A stretch of 60,888 nucleotides of DNA, filler included, from Stramenopiles sp. TOSAG23-3 (lineage: Eukaryota), in assembly GCA_900128585.1 (NCBI GenBank). It is 15 parts of 15 records of this genome, joined end to end, with 100 filler letters (N's around TTAATTAATTAA, not from the genome) between each part and the next. Parts side by side here need not be neighbours in the genome. Positions count along the whole stretch, not along the records: positions 1 to 3,994 come from LT644001.1; positions 4,095 to 8,078 come from LT644002.1; positions 8,179 to 12,159 come from LT644003.1; 12 more parts are not named here. One strand, given 5' to 3'. Positions 1-9,795 of the stretch are shown piece by piece; position 1 is the first letter of the stretch; each line of letters opens with the position of its first letter. The position numbers were made by a program, and so were the translations under genes. The notes below the pieces were generated by a model, which saw only the letters and a program-made list of their open reading frames with translations, was not told where the DNA came from and ran no database searches.

Positions 1-255
1 TATATTGTAAAATGAATCTCTTGGTGCACCAATTTCTATCCAACGGTATACGGTGTAAATAGGATTCAAATAAATAAAGAATTAATAAAACATATTATTA
101 TATAAAAAAAAAACAAATTAATAATTTTATATACTACCAAGTATATCATTAGTTTTTTTTTAGAAGACAGTAAACTGGAAATCCAACTAGACAATCAATT
201 TCGCGAATCGTTTGGAGTACTGTCTATATATGTAATTCTGACTAATACCCAGGTT

Positions 256-3200
256 TTACAAATCGTCTTTGGCCGCTTTTTTCTTTGCTTTCTCTTCTTT
301 GCGCTTCTTCTTTCTCTTTTTCTTTGCTTCCTTTTTCGCCTTCTTCTTCTCGGCCTTTTCGTCTTCTTCTTTACGCGCCTTGCTCTTCTTTGCAGCTTCG
401 CGTTTCTTCTTTTTCTTCTTCTTCTTTTCTTCCTTGGCAGATTTTTCGTCTGCTGCGGGTGTCTCGGCGCCATCGGTCAGTTCGTACACTACCCAGCGCC
501 TCAAGTGCTCCTCTCCGGCGGCACGCGGCAGGTTTCCGCAGTTTGCATCGGCGCAACCGCACGAAAGCTTCAAGTCGTCGACGCACACTTTCTTGCAACC
601 TTCGTCGTCCATAGTGAATGTGGAAGATTTTGGCCTCTCGTCGAACACAAACGAGTGGCCGTCGGTGCCGGACCGGGCTACCGCAATGTACTTTTTGTTC
701 TTTTCTTGTGCAATGCTGTGAAGCAGTCGAATGTTTGCACCAGACGACGACCCGACGTACTCGCGGTCTTTGAAGCCATCCTCTCCACCTGCGCAGCCAA
801 GGTAGTTGACGGCCAAAGGCTTCAAAACGGGTTCAGGGTCCTCTTCCTCGTCGTCGTAACCATCTTTCGCGTCTTCCGCGTGCTTTTCTCCTGCCATGCG
901 CTTCATGTACTCCTCGTTGTACTTGTCCGCTTGTTTGTCTCGCTTTTTGTTAAAGTCTTCGAGCTGGCTGAAGTCTTTTCTGCTTGCAATCAGCTTGGTC
1001 AGGGCTGGGGGGTATTGACCACTGCAGTACCAGCTGCCTGGGGCATCGCACACGCGGTTCTTCGGGTCAGCGATCCATTTCTTTGATTTCTGGCTCACGT
1101 GCATGACTTTGAAGATGCGCACTTTCCCGTACTTCGTCGTCTTCACGTGCATGAACCGTTGGGGGTTCAGCTTGATGTCCTCTCTGTAGCCGTACTGCGT
1201 CATCTTGTACAACAGCGACTTCCTCATCATTGGGGTGGGGACGCCTCCTTGGTAGAACCCAAATTGGGAGCACGTAGGGTCCCCCGGGCAAATGTCGGAG
1301 TACACAGAGTTTCCGATACGGGCCATGTGCGGGGACTTGGCCAAATCGTCGCCACCTCCGCCTGCCCACACAAGGACGTAGTCTGCTAAATGGCGAATGA
1401 TCCGGTGGGACTTCTTTTCCGGCCCACTCAGCATGCGGCCCAAAGTCGCAATGTGCTCGTGGTTCCAGGTGTTCCCGTCTGCCAAAGACGTGCGGTTTCC
1501 GATGCCAGTGATTTGGTACCCGTAATCCCACCATGCCAGAACCCTGGCGTCTTCGGGGGTCTGGTCGCGAAGCCACCAGTAAGCTTCACGGTAGTCGTCC
1601 ACGATGATCTCTTTCCCGCTGTTCAGCCGCGCTTTGAACATGATCGATGGACCACTCATGCCCTCGGCCATCTGGTGGCAGTACTTGTAGAAATCTTGCG
1701 CTTTTGGGTAGTACGTCACGATCGCCCACGCCCCAAGGCCGATGCGCGCAAGCAGCAGAAGCTTTGAATCGTACACGGACTTGAAGCTTTTCAAGCCCTT
1801 TGCTGCCATGTCCTGCACGCTGGCCTCCTTTTCCTCGTCTGCCTTGTCGTCTGATTCCTCTTTCGTTTTCGGGCAAACCATCGAGTGCACCATGTTAATC
1901 AGCGGGTTCACGATGCACTGGTCCAGCACGAACCCGATCGCGGCGCCGCCAAGGGCGGACGAGACGGGGCCGAGGAGAATGATCAACCGGCTCATCTTCG
2001 AACTGAAGTAATACGCAATTACGGCGTAGGCCATCATGAAAAAGTTTGCATCCGACAAGCGCAGCAGCGAGACCGCTAATCCGTACGGGGCAATGTCGAA
2101 CATGATGTTCAAGTAGTGGCCGTACGCGGCCGCCGACGCGGGCTGGTGCTCGGCAACGCTGTCTACGAGCGGGTTTCCCGTGCGGGTATGCTTGACGAAG
2201 AGACCACGAATGCGGGCAGTCAGCGGCCCGAAGTACCCCGTTGGCAAAAGCAGGGACACCAAGACTCCCGCAGCCACCACGAGCGGCAGGGTCACCTTCA
2301 CGCGCAACAGGAACACTTGGGGGATGCTTAACCCTTTTTTTCTGCGCTGAATCTCGCAGTATTCCAGAATTTGGAACGCCACGAAAACGGCAAGGCCGCT
2401 TAGCTGCTCCAAGGAACGCAGTGGCCCCCACCCAACGACAGGGACGTGGACCGCCCCAAACGTCCCGATGATGTAAAACAAGGAGTAGGCCCGGTGGAGC
2501 TTGCTCGAGTACCTTCCGATGCAGACCAAGATCACCGCGTGCGCCGCGATCAGGTTGATGACAAAGATGAAGCCCCCCCACGTGGCAACCATGAAGATGT
2601 ACGCGAACCCACACAAGGTTCCATACACCACCGAATCTCTGGTGTGCCGTCCGTCCTTTACTTTTGGGTCGCTCCGCAAGGACCGGCACCAAAAGAAGAA
2701 GGTCAGGACCATCGCGGTCATCGCAACGCTCTCGTTGTCGTACCCTCCGCCCACGGAGCGCATGATGTGCGCCGGGATTATCGACATGATGGTAGCCGCC
2801 ACCACGCCCGCGGAGTACGACCCCGTGCATTCACTGGCCAAGAAACCTAAAATGACGGATGCCGACACGCCGAACCAGACAGGGACGTAAACGCACACGT
2901 CGTTGAGGCTCATCCCACCGTTCTTTGGCGAGAAGTATTTTATTGCGTTCCATATCGTCACGGAGGCAATTTGCATACCAGGGTAAATGGTTGTGCCTAC
3001 CGGCCTCCCGAGCGGGTACCACACTTTGTAGTCAAACCAGTGGAAAAAAGCTTGCCAGCCATTATCCCTCAAATACCGAGTGGCACGCATGTTAAACCAT
3101 GGGTCAAACTCGTGAATGACACGGCCGTAGGTGTTGATCGCGTACAGCCGTATGTTGTAGGCCATCATCCCCGCAGGGATGAACGCCATCATCCATATAA

Positions 3201-3375
3201 TGTAACCAATAAAGCGCCCCCCGCCTTTCAGCGTTTCCACGGCCTTCTCTTGCTCCGAGAGCCCCGCCGGTTTTACGCTCTTTGTTTCGACAGCTTTCGG
3301 ATTTGTCTTCGATGTGCCTTCGGGTTTTCCCTCACCCTTCGGGGCCTTCGTCGGCTTCGGACTAGCAGCAGACAT
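256..3375 (-). CDS. STT3: Oligosaccharyltransferase catalytic subunit STT3 (kinetoplastid single-subunit-like signatures) with C-terminal WSC-like domain, Lys-rich tail and KDDL end
   Basis: 1039-aa ORF with IHEFDPWFN, GGYDNE, SVAEHQP and the diagnostic WWDYG (1519-1533), a DDLAKSPHM (DK-type) motif and many TM segments; ends KDDL-stop. Confidence 0.97.
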   Translation of the reverse strand: MSAASPKPTKAPKGEGKPEGTSKTNPKAVETKSVKPAGLSEQEKAVETLKGGGRFIGYIIWMMAFIPAGMMAYNIRLYAINTYGRVIHEFDPWFNMRATRYLRDNGWQAFFHWFDYKVWYPLGRPVGTTIYPGMQIASVTIWNAIKYFSPKNGGMSLNDVCVYVPVWFGVSASVILGFLASECTGSYSAGVVAATIMSIIPAHIMRSVGGGYDNESVAMTAMVLTFFFWCRSLRSDPKVKDGRHTRDSVVYGTLCGFAYIFMVATWGGFIFVINLIAAHAVILVCIGRYSSKLHRAYSLFYIIGTFGAVHVPVVGWGPLRSLEQLSGLAVFVAFQILEYCEIQRRKKGLSIPQVFLLRVKVTLPLVVAAGVLVSLLLPTGYFGPLTARIRGLFVKHTRTGNPLVDSVAEHQPASAAAYGHYLNIMFDIAPYGLAVSLLRLSDANFFMMAYAVIAYYFSSKMSRLIILLGPVSSALGGAAIGFVLDQCIVNPLINMVHSMVCPKTKEESDDKADEEKEASVQDMAAKGLKSFKSVYDSKLLLLARIGLGAWAIVTYYPKAQDFYKYCHQMAEGMSGPSIMFKARLNSGKEIIVDDYREAYWWLRDQTPEDARVLAWWDYGYQITGIGNRTSLADGNTWNHEHIATLGRMLSGPEKKSHRIIRHLADYVLVWAGGGGDDLAKSPHMARIGNSVYSDICPGDPTCSQFGFYQGGVPTPMMRKSLLYKMTQYGYREDIKLNPQRFMHVKTTKYGKVRIFKVMHVSQKSKKWIADPKNRVCDAPGSWYCSGQYPPALTKLIASRKDFSQLEDFNKKRDKQADKYNEEYMKRMAGEKHAEDAKDGYDDEEEDPEPVLKPLAVNYLGCAGGEDGFKDREYVGSSSGANIRLLHSIAQEKNKKYIAVARSGTDGHSFVFDERPKSSTFTMDDEGCKKVCVDDLKLSCGCADANCGNLPRAAGEEHLRRWVVYELTDGAETPAADEKSAKEEKKKKKKKKREAAKKSKARKEEDEKAEKKKAKKEAKKKRKKKRKEEKAKKKAAKDDL

Positions 3376-3913
3376 GGTCTTTGTCGTTTTTACTTAATTT
3401 CAAAAAAGAAAGCAATGAAACAACAAACTACAAACTATTAGAGAAAAAGGAAGAAATATGCTACCAAAGTTGAACATACCTGTTTCACTTCCTCTTCATT
3501 TATACTTCACCTGTTACTTTAAATTAAAATTGAAGCTCGCTATATCTAGTATAGTACCAAATAAAAAAATATCATTCATCATCATCGATCAACAACAAAA
3601 AGAAATAATAAAAAAAAAAAATTATTATTATTTTTCGCGCACAAACCCCGCCCGGGCAACAATAACATAATAAACTTACTTGTTCCTTTCAATTGTTTTA
3701 TTATTAAATGTATTTCGTTTGTTCCATTGATAGTAAAATACATTATTAAAAAAGATATGAAACGATTGGATCAATTGAATGCTGTGATGATATATTTTTT
3801 ATTACCTCGATCCTCCTTCATCCATCGTCTTCTCATTCTCATTTATTTTGTGTGGTCCCAAACCAACGTAATTTTAGATAGGTGCATTGATATTTATAAT
3901 ACATTATTGTACA

Positions 3914-3994
3914 AGAAAGAAAAACAGAAGAACGAAGAACGAAGAAAGAAAGAAGAAGAAAGAAAGAAGAACGAAGAAAGAAAGAAAGAAAGAA
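3914..3994. repeat. GAA/GAAA purine microsatellite at contig end
   Basis: Visible AAGAAAG/AAGAACG run ending at the spacer. Confidence 0.9.
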
Positions 3995-4094
3995 NNNNNN
4001 NNNNNNNNNNNNNNNNNNNNNNNNNNNNNNNNNNNNNNTTAATTAATTAANNNNNNNNNNNNNNNNNNNNNNNNNNNNNNNNNNNNNNNNNNNN
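3995..4094. other. Artificial contig-joining spacer (N44-TTAATTAATTAA-N44); first of 14
   Basis: Identical 100-bp spacers start at 3995, 8079, 12160, 16236, 20312, 24382, 28452, 32516, 36574, 40631, 44687, 48742, 52793 and 56842. TTAATTAATTAA gives stops in all six frames, and contig lengths decrease monotonically. Confidence 0.98.
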
Positions 4095-4097
4095 AAT

Positions 4098-4205
4098 TAA
4101 AAAATCAAGTTAAACCATCAAGATAGGATTAGGGTTGGAACTGAAATAGTAATTGATTTAAAATGAGAGTCTTTAAGCATATCATACTATATAATTTGCT
4201 TTTTT
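4098..4205. repeat. Fragment of a dispersed AT-rich repeat shared with other contigs
   Basis: 4098-4140 aligns with 51131-51173. The reverse complement of 4163-4205 aligns with 16161-16194 and 58054-58090. Confidence 0.6.
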
Positions 4206-4774
4206 CTTCATAATACATTGTTGGCAGTAATCAATTATCAGGACTTTGTTACGAAAATAAATAAAGAGTGTATGGTTTTTTGGCTGTAATTAATACTCGC
4301 GGCAAAAACGTATGAAAACCGAGTTACATTTGATGTACCACACTACTGAGTTGTTTACCATCAAGTGAAAATATTTTTACTTGTAATTTTGAGCAGGAAG
4401 AGCCCGCACCTGTCCCAATTTCAGGGTACATCAACCGCTCGCCAAGCCTCTCCGGCCTGCGCCGGCTTGCCCACATGCTCACTACCGACCTGAACAACCC
4501 TCCCCCGCCATCTCAACTCACAAATGACAATTCCTTGACTGATTTACAAGACAGAAAATGAGCACCTTCAAAACAATTACCCCGCTGCTAGAAAAACCAC
4601 ACAAGGTCTGACTCATCTATGAGTAAGATATCGGATGACGAAGTTGATTACGGGTCATTTAGCATCGTCGGAAGTCGGAAGTTCAAATATCCATTCGGGT
4701 TATCCACGAAGTACACGCCATTATTATTTAATTTTAATTTAGATAAACTGAATTGAGTTTTTTTTAGCACGCTG

Positions 4775-6022
4775 CTAGATCCCTTTGGGTGCAGTTTGCT
4801 CGATAATTTGACGGCCCGTCTTAATAGCATCGTGAAGTCTTACTAGCTTAATTTTTCGCCGTTGTCTTTCCAGCGCAGGGGCTCTTTCCTGAATAGTCTC
4901 CATTGGATCATTCGTTGACTTAATACTACCAAGGTCACATATTTGTTCACTAGCTACACTTTGCATATTTTCTCTCTCGCCGAGTGGGACAGTAGTAAGC
5001 CTATCATATTTCTCAATAGCTCGGCCGATTCTTGATGCAACATTCTGCTTAAACTTAGCCCTTGCAAGGTAGCTCTGGGTAATATTAAGGAACCCCTCCG
5101 CCCCAATTGTCGAAAATTTGTTTCTGCTTGAGATTTGTGAATCATTGCGTGAATCAAGATTATTCGATGTGAAAGTATTTCTGCGTCTTCGAAATGCTTC
5201 TTTGTTTTTCCAAACAATACCCTTCTCTATTGAACCAATACTGCAGTTTCTGTGCCTAGAGACTAATTCCTCGTCTCCCCACCACCGTAAATATTCATCA
5301 ATATCGATTTGTCCGTTTCCATCAATATCAATTTGTAGAATTGCTTCTTTTAATTCTGCGTCATCCAATATTACCCCCAGTTGATAGCTCAAATTTCGAA
5401 ACTCGGAAGCTGTCAAATAGCCTTTTCCACCTGAATCACACCTATTAAAATGTACTTTTACAGCATTAAACCTTTCTGTTACTGTCCCATTATTCATTGT
5501 TTTCTTTATTGCCATGAGCATTTCGTTCATTTTTGCTTCGGACGTTTCAATAACTGTAATTAAACTGTGTATCATTGCACGCGAACCACTACCTTTAGGG
5601 AACCATTGCAGCAGCAACTCGCATACGCCTTTCAAATTGTTGTTACCTTTGATTTTTAGAGCTTGCAAACATGCATTCAGTGGGAAATCCATAGTTGCTA
5701 ATCGCTGTGCCAAGCGAAATCTTTGAGATTCAATTTCTTTCGATAGGGCTTCTTCACGACGATTTGTGGTCAAGTGAATTTTAGGGCAGCGGCTGTGGTT
5801 CTTTTTCCTCTGCTGAAAGGATACCCCGTTGAAAGTATTTCTCCTCATATCACTAGAAATGACATATTTTGATTTTGGCATGTCGTTGACTTTAGGATCG
5901 GGTTCACCCCCATTTGTTTTCGTCAATATTGCATTGATTTGATCATGCCCCGACTTGATTTTTTCTAAAAAAAGTACAAAATCATCCAGCGTCCCGCTTT
6001 TCGTTTTCGTTGTTTTTGCCAT
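4775..6022 (-). CDS. UBA-like + paired EF-hand protein
   Basis: UBA-like segment LATMDFPLNACLQALKIKGNNNLKGVCELLL; EF loops DSGGKGYLTASE and DIDGNGQIDIDE; first ATG at 6022. Confidence 0.75.
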   Translation of the reverse strand: MAKTTKTKSGTLDDFVLFLEKIKSGHDQINAILTKTNGGEPDPKVNDMPKSKYVISSDMRRNTFNGVSFQQRKKNHSRCPKIHLTTNRREEALSKEIESQRFRLAQRLATMDFPLNACLQALKIKGNNNLKGVCELLLQWFPKGSGSRAMIHSLITVIETSEAKMNEMLMAIKKTMNNGTVTERFNAVKVHFNRCDSGGKGYLTASEFRNLSYQLGVILDDAELKEAILQIDIDGNGQIDIDEYLRWWGDEELVSRHRNCSIGSIEKGIVWKNKEAFRRRRNTFTSNNLDSRNDSQISSRNKFSTIGAEGFLNITQSYLARAKFKQNVASRIGRAIEKYDRLTTVPLGERENMQSVASEQICDLGSIKSTNDPMETIQERAPALERQRRKIKLVRLHDAIKTGRQIIEQTAPKGI

Positions 6023-6389
6023 TGCCACTTAGATTCAAAAATGTTTCAAGTATTTCACTGCTTACACAAAAGAAATCTAAACGTTCTTCAATATCACAAA
6101 CATGCGTTTGTTTCAGGAAGTATAATGCGTTCGCTGTTCTATTGAAATGCCGTGAGTAAGCTTTACTGGGTCATCCTACTGTTATATTACACGAAACAAT
6201 ATCTCGAGATAGCGTAGGGGGACACCAGGAAATTATGATTATTAGAATGAACTTTTGGTACTGATAACCCGTGGAGATTTTTCATTTTTAAGGCAGACGA
6301 TTGTTGTTCCAATTGTTTTCATTCTGTGTTTTAAGGAATATTATTATTTACAGTACCAAATTTTAAAAAGGAGCGAACAAATTGTACCT

Positions 6390-6513
6390 ATTAATGTATT
6401 CTAATAAGCAATTGAGAACAGAGACAGAAATCGAAAAGAGTGAAATTGCTATTAATTAATGTATTCTAATAAACAATTGAGAACAGAGACAGAAATCGAA
6501 AAGAGTGAAATTG
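6390..6513. repeat. Intergenic tandem duplication, period 65 bp
   Basis: ATTAATGTATTCTAATAA(G/A)CAATTGAGAACAGAGACAGAAATCGAAAAGAGTGAAATTG at 6390-6448 and 6455-6513. Confidence 0.92.
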
Positions 6514-7420
6514 TACTTAATATTCATTGTATCAATCTACAGGAAATGTCATACAGAGTTGATAAATACCGTAATATAACAGAATTAACAGGAGTTCGAA
6601 GTTTAGATTGAAACGTATTGTACTTATTTCATTAAAGTTAATTCCCATAAGTGCAATAAGAAGAACGAACCGCAAGGACAATAGAGTAAAATTTAATTCC
6701 GCCTGTCAAGTACGCGTGTTGTTTTCTTCTTCTTTTTTCTCCCCTCTGTTTTTTTTGTCCTGTAAATGTGATTGTTCTGAATTAATGTTTTGCCGGAACC
6801 CTGTGAAACAGTAAACTTCGTTCTCTTTCAAAATTGCAATACCTTAATATATAAATACCATTTATCTACTAAAATACTTATTTTTATACACTATTCCTTA
6901 CACTATTTTGTGATGAATCCCTTCCATATTTTATTTTATGACCGTTATAAACAGTTCAGAGCAAGACGACTATCGAGCATCAATCCCATCGAAGAAACCT
7001 TACCTCATATATTTGGTTTGTTTCGAAATAACTCGTATAGTGTTAATCTGAAAGTTTTAGTAAAATATACTTTAAATCTAAATAAGTATTTATTTAGTCA
7101 GGCTACAGTAAGTAATTGAAATTGAAATACATATAAATCACAGATTTTCAAAAAAAACCCTGAAAAGTAAGACGGTCGCATATGTCCACTAATTTTTTTC
7201 CAATGAGATGCTAATTCCATATGCAATGTCACCTGCTGTGTCGTTCAATCGTTAACTAAAAATATACAAGAACACATCATTGTATTTCTTCGCACTTTAT
7301 GGTATTTTCCAAATATTTAGGGTTAAAATAGGGTTACAATATTCAACTTTTGTCCTTAAGAGTGTGAGCTATATTACAATTTTGTCTGTATTGTCTTCAT
7401 TGTTTGTGTAAAAAGCATCA

Positions 7421-7750
7421 ATTGTACTTTCCGATTTTGTGTCCAGAGGGATGTGTGTGTGTGTGAACTTTTCTTTAATTGAAACAGTAGCAGGGAGTTA
7501 GTCTTACGAAAAATAACAGCAGCTAAAATGACGAAAAAACTTATAGTCGTCTACAAGAGTTCATTTTATTTTCAATATACCAAATGTTATAGGGAATTAT
7601 TACAAGTATAAACATATTGAATTTTATCGCAAAAACTTTACATTTACCTGTTATTTTTCGTACAGTAACACTAACTCCCTGCTAGTTTTTTAATTAAAAA
7701 AAGTTCACACACACACACCACCGCTGGACACAAAATCGGATAATTACAAT
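7421..7750. mobile_element. Long imperfect inverted repeat (~100-bp arms, ~130-bp spacer); candidate MITE or foldback element
   Basis: The left arm 7421-7519 (TCCGATTTTGTGTCCAG..GTGTGTGTGAACTTTT..TAGCAGGGAGTTAGT..ACGAAAAATAACAG) is the reverse complement of 7648-7750. No ORF inside and no clear target-site duplication. Confidence 0.55.
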
Positions 7751-8180
7751 ATGTATCATCTTAAATTACATAATAATTATAAAAAATAAATTAAAATCCC
7801 CGTCATTTACAACATTCTGTGATTTAAAAAAATAAAACTTATTCAGCTAAGTAAATATTTCAATTTGATATGTTAAACCATTCTATTATTTCAAAGTAAT
7901 ATAAAAAAGAAAAAACTAATCCAGTTATCTAAATTATAGTAAATGTTTCTATTTGATAATTGATATTTAGAAGTGAAAAAGGTAAGCTGCTATTCAGATA
8001 AAATATTATCTTCAGTTATAAAAGACTTTCCATTCGATGTTGTTTGTTTTTGTCCATTGAATTTTTACTTCTTCGTGTNNNNNNNNNNNNNNNNNNNNNN
8101 NNNNNNNNNNNNNNNNNNNNNNTTAATTAATTAANNNNNNNNNNNNNNNNNNNNNNNNNNNNNNNNNNNNNNNNNNNNGT

Positions 8181-8879
<699 letters not shown>

Positions 8880-9795
8880 TTATTTGGAAGAAGAAAATTA
8901 TTTTTTTCACTATTTATTAGCTAGCCTATTGTACTACTAATTAAACTTCTGCTCTGCTCCTGTAATCGTGTCTTAAATATTTTAAGGGATTATTTTCCGT
9001 CTTATTAATATATATTGTCTCGCCACAACATCATTCGTATTCTGAATTACCCTATTTTTGGAATTACCGTTATGCATTATGACAACACATAAATTACCAT
9101 CATCCTTAATATTTTATTAATGGACTTCTATCTTATCTATATAGTATCAGATATCTCATCACCTCATCACATCACCTCAATAAATTCTTCTTCCTCTTCC
9201 TCCCTCCCATTTTCTATTATTTTTTATTATTTTTAATTTATTATTATTTTTTTTGAATGCTATTACCTTGGTATAATAATATAACTGTGGTGTGTGTGTA
9301 ATTATTAATTATATTTTTATTATTATTATTATTATTATTATTTATTATTATTATATTATTAAAATATTACACATTCTTCTTCTGGGAGCTCTGGACATTC
9401 AAGAGATTGAAGGGTAGTTTGGGCAAGTCATTGTAAAAAGGACACGAATTCAGACCAGAGGTTCATAGAGAAAGAGAGAGAGAGAGGACAGAAACATAGC
9501 ACCTGACCTGATTCTGCTATACGTGCAATTTTAGGGGAAATGAGTACTGCAGTTCCTGATCAAACTTCTTTCTATAGTCTCTTGAACCTATACACACTGG
9601 GGGTTGTTTGTGTTTGGGCGATTTACGTTAATACTTTCCAACAATTTCACGGCGGGCATATTGTAGAAACTGATTACAACACCTTATTAAAAGCAGAAGT
9701 AAACAAAAGTAAGATGGCACGAGAACTTGCCACAAGACCGATCCTTTAGAGATATTGCGTGTCCGTAAACTAAATTAATACCGCTGCCCGAGACG

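Noticed and set aside
9540-9749. 69-aa ORF upstream of the IQ gene
   Set aside because: Short, no motif, AT-rich; cannot be supported as a gene.
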